64,000 nt of DNA from NCBI GenBank assembly GCA_964658305.1, contig OZ210885.1, forward strand, positions 13,826,001-13,890,000, given 5' to 3'. Made by a program: the position numbers and the translations under genes. Position 1 is the stretch's first letter. Each line of letters begins with the position of its first letter. Below the pieces are notes generated by a model. That model saw nothing but the letters and a program-made list of their open reading frames with translations, searched no databases and had not been told where the DNA came from. Shown here in pieces: positions 24,701 to 36,700 of this stretch. This DNA comes from Leptogorgia sarmentosa. Its lineage: Eukaryota.

Positions 24701-27700
24701 GTATATCTAGCATTAAGTTTATTTTAAAAACAAACTTTTTTAGAATGGGAAATGTGGTTACTGAAAGGCCCATTAAAAACGGCTTGCGCGGAAAAAATAA
24801 GTTTTCTTCACACAATTTGATTTAATCGCATGAAAATATGGAGTATGATATACAAGCTATTCAAGTTTTGAGAAATTTGGTGCACGCTGAGACGAACGTG
24901 CGATGTCCGAAAACTGGATTTTGCGTTCTTTCCTGCGTGATTACCGATTAATTTATGCATAATTGGATATTTGCATTAATTACCAATGCAAATTGCAAGC
25001 TAATTCCCAAAGGTCCGTGATTACGCGAAGAAATTGCGTAAAATCCGCAATTGTCCATTATGCAATTGGTCCATTGACGTGAGCAAAATGTTCTCGTGTG
25101 TAGCAAAATTTTGAAACATTTTTCTCTCTTCAAAAATGTTGAAAGATTTTTCTCTCTTCAAAACTCAGCAGACGGCTCTCCCGTGCGGCAGGCTTAATGG
25201 AGCTTATTTCAGAAAAGACAGATCGAAATGGACAAAAAAGCTTCACTTACGTTGTTATTAGATGGATAAGACGAGCTGTCCAGGTCGGAATAATCTATCA
25301 AAGAGCGCTGGATCACACCATGTTTCATGCCTGTTGCGTTTACTTGCTCAGCTCTAAAGAGGTGAAACCATGTAAGATTAGTTCAGCTTATGCCATGGTT
25401 TCAAACATTCAAAATCCGATTATCACTTCGGCGTGGGTAATAAAAAAGTTTATTATATGGCTTTTCAAAATTCTCTATTCTGATCTTGCGGGAAATTTCG
25501 CTTCGCAAACAGAAAAGATTTTTACTTTTTAATTTTCCAATTCAAGATAAAAATTTCAAACAACCAAATTGTTTTAGATTGAGCACGTATGTCTACCGTA
25601 TACTGTTACCAAGTGAAAGTGATGATAGCCGATTGAATTCGCGCGAAAAGCATATGCTCAAATACTCAATTCAGCCATATAATAAACAGTTTATTGACCT
25701 CGCTTGTTCGGTCTGTACTGTGAAATATCAGACCTCTGTTTTTTGCATTGACCTCGCTCCTTCGTCGCTCGGTCCATACTAAAAAACCTCGGTCTGATAT
25801 TTCACAGTACAGACCTCACGCTCGGTCAATAACCCTTTATTAAATGAAAAACAACTTTAAATGACTATATTATCCACATTTTACGTTATAATATCATTGT
25901 TGTCAATTTCCTGGACGCTGATTGGCTGAAAAGCTTCAACAACTGTGCAAATTAAACTTTAATTTGCACATTGTGCAAATTAAACTTAATTGCACGGTTT
26001 CGAGTCCGCGATACATTATAAAAACAAATAAATAAACGCTTATCAACGCTAAAATTCTTGTGTTTTTTTGTCATTTATTGTCAACTTTGGACAAAAAAGT
26101 TTAGTGAACGTGTACTACAATGATATTAATACGAAATTACACTTGTTCTCGAAGTATTAATGAAAAATTGCACTGGTGTTTGGCGAAATACCGCTCGTGC
26201 TTGGTACTCGCGGTATTTCGCCAAACCCGCGTGCAATTTTTCATTAATACTTCTCGAACCGTGTAATTTCCTATACTTATTTAACGAAACTTCACAATTT
26301 TACTAAATTAATGATGGTCTTTCCCGCTGTGGCGATGAATTTTCGTAATTCGAAAGCTCGTCTAAAATGGGAAAGGTCTCGAGGTTGTGCCGTGAAATTC
26401 AGAACTCGAAAAATGCTTATATACTTCGCCGCTGAAAATTTTTATATTCTTCGTAAAGACAGGCAACTGTCACCAAGAAATACAAATGCTCCAGAATTAT
26501 TTTCGAGCTTCAAGTTCTACGCTTTCGACCTGCGGAGGACAACGTGAATTGAAATAGCGGACACATTCAACGCAACATAAGATCAATGCGAAGAATAGGC
26601 ACTCCAAGAGTGCGTAAGGATTTGCGATTTTATTTTCAAATAATTGACAGATGGGAAAAAATAGCCCAAAGCGAATGGTTGTATAATAAAACACAATATC
26701 GTGAGAAATGTTCCCTTTGAATGTCTAGTTTTGTTTAATGATACTATTTTATATGCACTTATACTGTTGCTTATGAATAGAGATTTTCATGGGAAATAAA
26801 TATGAAAATACAGTTTTCGTAATGGAAACACCACGGAGATTTCCTTATTGCAAATCAAATAAAAATTTTGTATAGAGCTATTTTGCTTCGCAAATTAGAT
26901 TTAATTACTCGATTACACAATTACTCGATTCGAAAACTGTTTTTCCATTTTCAACTTACTTGTTGGACGACTTCTCTGAAACACTTGAAACATCTGGAGG
27001 TGGTAGAGGGGGCGCATCCTGTGGGGGAGGTGGAGGGGGGATTGTTTGGACATCCGGTAGTGGAGGAAGAGGTGGGGACAACCCAGGAGGAGGCGGTGTC
27101 GGCTCTAGATCATGGGGAAAAAATGCGACGGTTATTTAACGAAAAATTTTCAAACCAAAGGAATTTGGCCCAGATTTAGTAGGCGTAAAGCTGATGTTAG
27201 ACTGGACGATTTTCGCCGTCAATTCCCAATAATTCCGTGTAACATCAGCTTAAATGCAAGTATATACGAATACACGAACTACTGGGCTGTCAAGTGTCAA
27301 TTACAGTGAGTCACAAGTGACAGCCAATCACTTGACTTGATTGAAGTTGTCTGTCATTCGCCTAAGTATTAAGCCCCTTACAAACGAGCAAGTTTTCTAT
27401 GACAAGTTTTTATGTGACAAGTTTACATCGTCTGTACGTTCCATTTTGCCATGGCTAGCAGCTAGCTAGCATGCTAGCTTTTCAACAAGTGGACTTGTCA
27501 TAGAAAAAATTGACAAAGTAAAAATTTTGTCCGTCCGTACGGTCAACAAAGAAAACTTGTCAAAGTAAAATTGTTGACTTGTACAGACGGGCAAGAAAAA
27601 CTTGTCACATAAAAACTTGTCATATAAAAACTTGTCACATAAAAACTTGTCATATAAAAACTTGTCACATAAAAACTTGTCATATAAAAACTTGTCACAT

Positions 27701-30700
27701 AAAAACTTGTCACATAAAAACTTGTCACATAAAAACTTGTCATATAAAAACTTGTCATATAAAAACTTGTCACATAAAAACTTGTCATATAAAAACTTGT
27801 CATATAAAAACTTGTCACATAAAAACTTGTCATATAAAAACTTGTCACATAAAAACTTGTCACATAAAAACTTGTCATATAAAAACTTGTCATATAAAAA
27901 ATGTTGTGCATACACACGTACACATGGCAAAGTAAACTTGCAACATAAAAACTTGTCAACGTAATTAATCACAAGTGCAAAAAAAAACTGCTTCACATAC
28001 CGTGGTCTCTGTTATTTTCAGGTACCGGAGGACTGTCATCATCCAACCTGTACGGATCTAAGAAAACACCATTTACTCATTAATGTCCAATACGAAAACA
28101 AGAAAATTCAACTTTGACATTTGGTTTTATTTTCTTCATACGACGACAATGATGATACAAATACCAGATGAAGCACTTCGACCGAACGATCAACAGCATG
28201 CAGGCAAGAGTGGTGAAGCAAGTTTAGACGAATGCATTATTCACAGTTTTGATTGGCTAAGAACGTGTTATGTAGTCATTTAGTATACACCCAACCATCG
28301 TCTATTACAAATGCTACATTCTGATTGGCTACTCAGCCGTCGTCTATTCTGCGATGGACCACGGTACGTGAAAAAGCAAAGGAAAACAATATGGCTACTG
28401 CAGAAAACTCGCGTTTTGCTGAGGTTTCTGAAGAATTTTTCTGATATAAACAATTCTGGGCATAGAGTGTATACTAAAACAATTAGACAACTCGACCTTG
28501 TTGTTTGTGAGCGAATAGTCAACTCGGACTTCGTCCTCGTACCTCGTTGACTATTCGCTCTTAGTATAAATTTTCAAGTGACTATAACATTTCCTGCAAT
28601 CTGATTGGTTAAAATTTGCTGTCTCTGGTGTTATAGTCACTGGGCAGTGACTATAAATATTTTTCATAATTAAAATTCAAAATGGCTGCTCGGTTTGCTG
28701 AAGTTTCGCAGGAGGAAATTGACAAAATTAAACAAGAAAGCATCCCCAAGAAAGTTAAGTGACAAAATATGGTTTAAAAATCTTTCAAAGTAAAATATTT
28801 TATTTATTGTTATTTTTATGCAACAAAACTGGCTTTTTTCACTAGCAAATTGGTGATATGAGCGTGAATTATTTTATGTAAACAAACTATAAGCAAAGTA
28901 AACAAAACTTGAATTTCTACTTAAAAGACAGTTTGAATCAAATCACTTTGACCTGGGAATTTATACTAAAACAATTAGTCGCCTCAGGCTTGTAATCACC
29001 TCGCCTTCGGCGACTAATTGTTAAATAGACAACTCGACCGCGTTGTCTAATTGTTAAATAACCGCTGTACATTGCTTCCAAATACGGTGTTGTGATATTA
29101 ATGATAAAATGTGATATATGTTCGCAGATAAACACTGTATGCATATTTATATCAAACAAATTTGTTTAGAATTACTCATTTAAAGGAAATTCTGTCTCCT
29201 TCAGTCCTTCACGGGTACTAACCAACTGACATAACTAAATTATGTTAATTACTATGAGTATAGTTTTCGGCTCCGTTCTGAAAAATGTAGCCACAAAACT
29301 GAATATTAATGAGCTGCTTCAACCAATGGCCGCTCAGCAGCCTCGGTCGCTTGACCTAATGACCTTTTCAAAATGGCGGATCTTTCATGGAGTGGGCAAA
29401 GTGTTTTGAACAATTTGGTGAAAATTTTGAACAAATTGTACTTGTTTTCTATGGATTTTGAATTGCGTCTAACTCTGCACCCTTTGTTGTAGCGTGTTTA
29501 ATGGGTTTCTCACCGGTGCACGTCGATCATAATACTAAAACCGAATAATTATAATCCGAATTTCTATGATATACAGTATAATGTATAGATGTCCCTATTT
29601 GTGTATGCCCAGCGAGTTAACGCTCCGTGGAGCGTCTTGTTATATCAAATACAAATTTCTCAAATGTAAGAACTGGTGTTGAAAATTTCATTCCAGGGAC
29701 AATTCCATAAACATGGCATATGATATATGGCCGAAGTTTACCTTTTGTAACGTCGGTTGAAGTATTTTGAGATGGCTGAAATACAGGATACACCGTCGCA
29801 GGATCAATATCGACAGAACTTGTTAACATACTGTAGTTCGTTTGACTTATTGCAGTCCCCAAGCTCGAGTTTTCTGTTAAAATATTGAAACAACTCATGA
29901 TCATGACAGCAAGAACGATGATCGATCTTCTTATCCTAATACGAAATCGTTTTGATAAAATTATAGGAAAATGATTGTTATACGGTAATAGAACTTCCAT
30001 CATATTCATTAATGATGGTTTTCCCTTCAAAGCACTTTCTACACGAGAAATTTTTATGTGACAAACTTGCATGTGACAATTTTTATTTACACGTGTAGAC
30101 GAGTAAAATTGGGCAATTTTGTGTGGCAAATACATGTTTTGAAATGCTGGCGTGTTAACTTTTATGTGACAAATAAAAATTGCCACATAACATTTGCTCG
30201 TGTAAACGGGGCTTAAAAACTAATCAAATTACTGGTGGGATAAAGACTTAAGACACGGGATAATGCCGTTTTGGAAAATTTCTGTGCTGTCCCATAAAGG
30301 TTTTAACATCGATACAACACGACTAGAAAGTATTAGTTTCTTTTGACACCTATATTTTCGTCACAAATTTTCACTTAATTTTTCGTTATTGCGTTGCGCT
30401 TCTTTATGCAATAAACAATTCATATGCTTACCATGGCTGACATTTGTAGGAACAAGAATGGGAGTTGCCAATGCATATGCTGTGAGGCTCGAAGAATATA
30501 AGTGACTTTCCGACGAAGGTTTTATTGACGAAGTTGTTTCTTTGACAACTGAAGTTTCTAAAGAAACGGCGTAAGTTTTTTAAACAGAGTGAAAATAAGT
30601 AGATCAAAAATTTACGGTTACCACTGAGTAATTCTACAAAAAGGCTTTCATTCTGATTCAACGTTTCGACTAGCTTACAAAATGATCACGAGGATAATTT

Positions 30701-33700
30701 TTTCTATGTCGCGTATTTTCGACGAAATGTGTTCAAAACCCGAAATCTTTTTGGCGTTGCTCTCAAAATCAAATTATTCTATGCTTATTGTCTCAACAAA
30801 ACAATTTGTTATCTTCGAACTATGTCTGGGTATTGAGAAACTAAAAGGAATATGAAAATTATGAGCATCATTGCTTGTATAACCAGCACAATTTTAATAA
30901 AGCCTTGGTTTCAACAATAAATGCAAGACTTCAAACGTAATTTTCTCTTTGGCGTACCCTACAAAATCTTTTTATTTTCGTTTTATATCATTAATTATAA
31001 ATCTATCAAGCTTTTTAAGTGAGTCTGCCGACTGAGAAACCTCAAAATTTGAAATTTGTATTTCGACGAATTTGAGTTTTGAGCCCGAAATACGTGACAT
31101 ATAGCTATAGAAAAACGTCGTCTTATAAATGAAAACCTTTTGGGGGTGTCCATTGTATTGTACCCCAGTGCTACATATATACGTGGGTATTGGAAATACA
31201 GGGATGGATGGTGTACATAAATATTAAAACTTGAGTAACATGTCGCGGTGAAGATATGAGGATCAAGTCGGGGAAATTTTTTCCTGCCAAAGATTCCATT
31301 AACATATATAGTGGAAAAAACCATTATATCATAACTACAGTGAAACACGCAATTTGATTGGTCAATAGTCCTGCAAGATCAGACAATCCTGCCCAGTATC
31401 CTGATTGGAAAATTCTGAATGCTTACTCACGAGCATAATGCTCACGAGTCACGGGATTTTTAAAATGTCGCCAAAACATTAAAGTAAAATACGAAAATTT
31501 GACAGTAACACAAATTGCTATCGAAAACAACACACAAGGGTTTTCGTATTTATGGAAAAGAAATATTAACGTTTTCCGTTGTTTCACTGTAGTTATTTTA
31601 TAAAACAATTACCAAATGATTTTCCCGTACAGGATAGCGTTATCCATACACTTGGGATGTGGCTTGAGTTTCGGAAAGTGACTCGCCTGCGGCTCGTGAT
31701 TTTTTACGCTTTCCGAAAGTCGCCACATCCCACGTGCATGGATGACGCAATCCTGCACGGAAAACCATTCGGTATTCCTTTATTTTCAAACTAAAGTACT
31801 TTTAAATCAACAAACATACCCCAAGTTCCCTTGACATCATCAGCATCAGATGTTTGCTGTTTTTCTACAGATGAAGAGAGAGTCGTCGTTTGTGGATAAT
31901 CCCATTGCGATTCCCCAGTTCTGTCGTTTGTGTAGAAATACCTCTTGTAAGTGCTGGCAAAAGAAGAAAAGACAACAAAAGGGAAATGAATGACTGAAAA
32001 AAAATTATATAAAATTATATAAATTAACAAAAACAAGTGTAAAAACGATGGTGGTTGAACGAGAAAATTTCAAAAAAATAACACAGTAAAATAAATAAAA
32101 CTAATAAAATATCATATTATATTATCAAACAATGCTCTAGCTAATTTAGCTGGTAAGAAAATACTTTGGGATGGCTGGACGCGTTTTCACTTGTCGCCAT
32201 CTTTGACTACCAAATGCATTTTTATCGGGTTTTTTCGTTCACTAGGGTTAGGGCTAATAACGTCCATGCAATCTAGCTAACGGTATGGAAGAAGCTTCCG
32301 GTGGGCTCACAAAATTTTCAAGTTTTCGTAAAAACACGACATGTCAATTTGGTAGATGGAAACAAGTGACAAGCAATTGGGTCGCGCATTATTAAACACC
32401 AAATTACTTTTTAACAGTGCTTGAAGTGATGGAACCTGTACAACGCTACAAAAAACAACAGGACTAAACATTTCATCATTGACAACATAGAGAATAGATA
32501 TATTACAGCTTGGATGGTTCAGGGATTTATTCATTCATTTGAATTTACTACCGTTTATTTTTGGATAATAAAATTACGCGGTGTAAACTACAATCCTCAA
32601 ATAATATTATTTTAACCATGCAAATTTTCGAGGAATTAAAACTAGTTTATTAGTCTTTTTAGTCCATTCGAAATATGAGAGGATGATGGAATGAATAAAG
32701 TCTTTCGGCAAATATCGGCAGTATATGCTTGTATAAATCCCTGAATATTCCATCCAAATTTTACCTTTTTGTTCCAAACTTCACAACATTGATGTAGTAG
32801 AAAACTTCTTCACTTACCTCATAGTCAAGACGTAACAACAGACAATTCTTTGATGCAGCGAAAGTTATGCAATAACAAACTTGTCACAATCTCCGAGCTT
32901 AAATTTCAACGGTACTGTGCGAAACCTCTATTTGTGGTTTTGGACGTAAAGTGACGTCATATTAGATCGTCACTGTTGCCTAGCAATAATGCGCACGAAA
33001 TTTTGTGATGAATTTACATCTTACAACTTGCGTATCGTTCATTTGTATGACCTCATCAGTTTTAATTTGGCCTTGCCAACAAAGAACATTTCTTCAGATA
33101 GTCCGTCCTAATTCATGAGTTTTTTTTTGAAGTATCAAGACTTAGGGAGCCATCTGAAGTCAAGGTCTGCCACGTTATATTGTAAATATGTCGAGCAATT
33201 TCTCAAGCAAGCTCTCTGGGCTCCTTAAATTAATGGTGATAAACTATACCGTAAGCTCTGCTATTCGGCGCATGATAGCAGTCGAAATAAACTTTAGAAT
33301 TGACGTACTGTGCGACTAGGAACGCTAAATCGGTCGTTCAAGCTAGTAAATTATGTTCCATGATCACATGTCATGAAATCAGCATATCATTGTGCGTTTC
33401 CGTTCCACGAGAATGCGCCTACGTACAAATAAGCATCTCTATATGTAGATCAAGCAAGCGTATCTTTCCAAACAGGTTAACTACTCATTCGAGCTCACCC
33501 CCTTCCAACTTGGACCCCCGGCTTCCGAAAAACGATTTTCTTACAGACTGCTAAAAAAGGCCACTCTCAACAATGCATGCCCTCCCATTTAGCCAGCCAT
33601 ATTGAATGAGCGACATGTGTTTAAATAAGCTCCCACTTAATCCAGCCGTTGAACAAAGACCTCAACGGGTAGTACCCAATATTTCTCAATTGAGAACACG

Positions 33701-36700
33701 GGTAATGCCCACGCTGGACTATCGCCTTAGCTTGCTGGTCGGCGTTTCAGTATTACTCTTGATATAGTTATATTAGTGTTAGATATAAACCATTTTTCTA
33801 TATACTAAGAATTACCTTAATCCCAACCCAAACCCTAGAATCCTAACCCTGACCATTGTAGTCAGATAAATATTGAGGGAAAAAAAGTTTTCATCACTAA
33901 CGCTGAAAAAATGTGTCGAACTGGGGCTTGAACTATAGAACTGCAACGCACGCACCGCGTGCCTTACCACTTGAGCTACATCGAGCTCGCTGCTGACCAC
34001 TCTGGCCTGGCTAAATGCATATGATTATAGACCCGGGCAATCACTGTTCATAATTTACCAGGCCAGGCTACTTAGACGATAGTCCAGCGTGGGCATTACC
34101 CATGTTCTCAATTGAGAAATATCGGGTACTACCCTTTGAGGTCTTTGTTTAACGGGTGCTTAATCATCGTGAAAAATTCTTTCGCTCAAATGATTCCCTC
34201 CAAAGCTTAAGACAGCTGCATGTCAAGAATCCATCGTCTCCAAAACCATTGGAGATTGATAAACAAGAGCGCTTGTAATTCAAGAAGAAAAGCAATGCAA
34301 TATGCAAGCTTACATAATTATGTGTGATAACAATTTTATGATTTTGTATCGATGCTCTGTCTTTTGCGAAACGCAATGCATACAATAGCGCTGAAATATA
34401 TAAATGGTCTGCATATGCTTTCGTAAAATGAGGCACTTGAATACTGGCAAGAAACGCAGAAGCAAGGCAACCAAACAATATCTCGTTTCGCTTGACTCGT
34501 TCGATAGGAAACCTGCATACGTCTTCGAAACGAAGCAGGCAATATTCTATCTGAAATACTATACACACAAGTATAAGATTGATCATACATTTTGAAAACG
34601 CTTGAGAAGTCATAGCATGAAAAACGTTCCAGCGCTGGTCACATGTAACTCTCTTAATGATCCAAAAACATGGTTTTTCTTTGACCTGAAAAATCTTAGA
34701 TGGCAAGAAATTTGTAGGACTCATAGAAGTTGGTGTCAGTTGAATACAGTACCTGTCCCAATGACAGCTCCATCCCTCTGGTACCGCGGATTGTTCATAA
34801 CTTTTCAATTCCTGGGCTGCTTCGCGTAATTTTTTTACAATGTAAGTGCTGCTCAGTCCACCTTCACGCCAATCTTTGATTCTTGTCTATTGATGGAAAA
34901 TTAAAAACAAAGTTACCTTCGATTCAGGCATAGATTAAGAATACATAGATGTGCAACTCGGGACATTTCGTGTCCTACGTTTTGCCTTGGATACGTCATA
35001 GCCACGCACGTTTCTGGCAAGTACAAATGCATGATTTAATACGGAATTAGTCGGCAAATGTCAAATAAACGACGATTTTAAGAAAACTTACCGCAAGATT
35101 GCCTTGGTTCGCAGATATTTATAAAAACAAGTTGTCCTTTATATTTCAAGCAACAAATGAGCTCATGTTTTTGTCCTGGTTGCTTAAAAAACGGCGAAAA
35201 CCATTTTTCCGTAATACATTTATATTAAAAATCGAACAAATGTACTTGCCAGAAATCCGTGTTGACATGACGTAATGCGTAGGACAGCAAAATCGCAGGC
35301 AAATATCCCGAGTTGCACATCTATGTATCCTTAATCTATGATTCAGTGTACCAGCTCATTAGGGTCCCGTTCACACGAGCGATATTTTGCAGCGATCTTC
35401 TCCATCTGGATGATGTGAACGAGTGGATTAACAAGGAATGTGTTAAGTGCGTTCTCCCTCACCTCAACATTCGTAACTGGTTTACTCATTCACATCCGTC
35501 AGAAGAAAATCGCACTAGAAATCGCAGTGAAATCGCTCGCGTGAACCGGCCTTAACATATACACTTTTTCGTCAAAAAACCCAACTACTGTGAAGGAATG
35601 GGTCACTATTAAAACCATATAATTATAGCTAATAATAAAATCTTTTCAAAAGTTCTCTCGCTTTCTTATAATTGAATACAGAGCTCCCTCGAGGTGTAGG
35701 AGGAGGGAGCTCTGTATTAATTATACAAACCAGAGTAGCGAGCAAGATATGAGTGATATTATACCTGGTTGCCGTCAACGAACTAGCTTTATAATCTCGT
35801 GAAGTTTGCAAATGCTGTGCACATTTTTACTGCGCACGTATACATGGAAAAACTTGGACGTTTCAACAAAAAAATTAAAATTTTTATAAAATCCGTGAAA
35901 TGCATTCTAAATGCGCTCGGGAATAAGCGGCTCTCAATCAAGCGACCAATACTACCAGTATTGGAAGTAAGACACAATTTATTGTTCAAGCATTGGTCTT
36001 TACCATGTGTGTAGCTGAAATTTGCCGAAACTTTGAAAGAACATTGATTTGTCTACATTAATTTATCGACGTCGTTTGACTAGCTAACATCCAAACAAAT
36101 TTGTTTGCATTTTTGAACCCCTTACCTACACGGCTAAAAACGCTCAGGTTGATGCAACATTGATGAAACAGGATGCAACAATGTTGTGCTGCCAACATTG
36201 ATGCAATATTGTTACACCCGATTCAGTCTCAACAACATTGTTCAACATTGTTATCAAGCGTGAACAATATGGGCAGCACAACAATGTTCAATGCTGTTGA
36301 CAGTGGGCTCATAATTTTTAGGCGTGTATAACGTCAACCCTTTTGTCAGTGACAATCACAATCGGCGAAAAGCCGAAACTTGGGAAGCGACTGCTAAAGT
36401 GCGACCAGGCGTAGGATTGCAAAAAGCGTTTAGGAAAGGGAAAAGAACATCGCTTACCTCCATTTGTACCAATACTATCAATAACTTGTTGACACCTTCT
36501 TTGTTGATGTTGAGAAATTGAAGTTTGTTGGACAATAACTGACAAAGATCGTGTATTTCAGTCTATGAAAATAAAAGCATTGACAACTTATTAACAATTT
36601 ATGATGGAAGACAAGAACACGTAAGTGAGATAGTTGGGGGGGGGGGGAGGGGGGGGGGCAATCATTATTAAACTTGGGCAATTTTGATCAAATCCATTGT

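Noticed and set aside
27466..27996. Four overlapping repetitive ORFs (DKFLC, CHIKT, MTSFY, KNLSH)
   Set aside because: Artefacts of a stop-free 15-bp minisatellite inside an FNBP4 intron
32400..32480. Intronic C/D snoRNA (ATGATGA on the minus strand near 32478)
   Set aside because: No D box (CTGA) or terminal stem at a suitable distance
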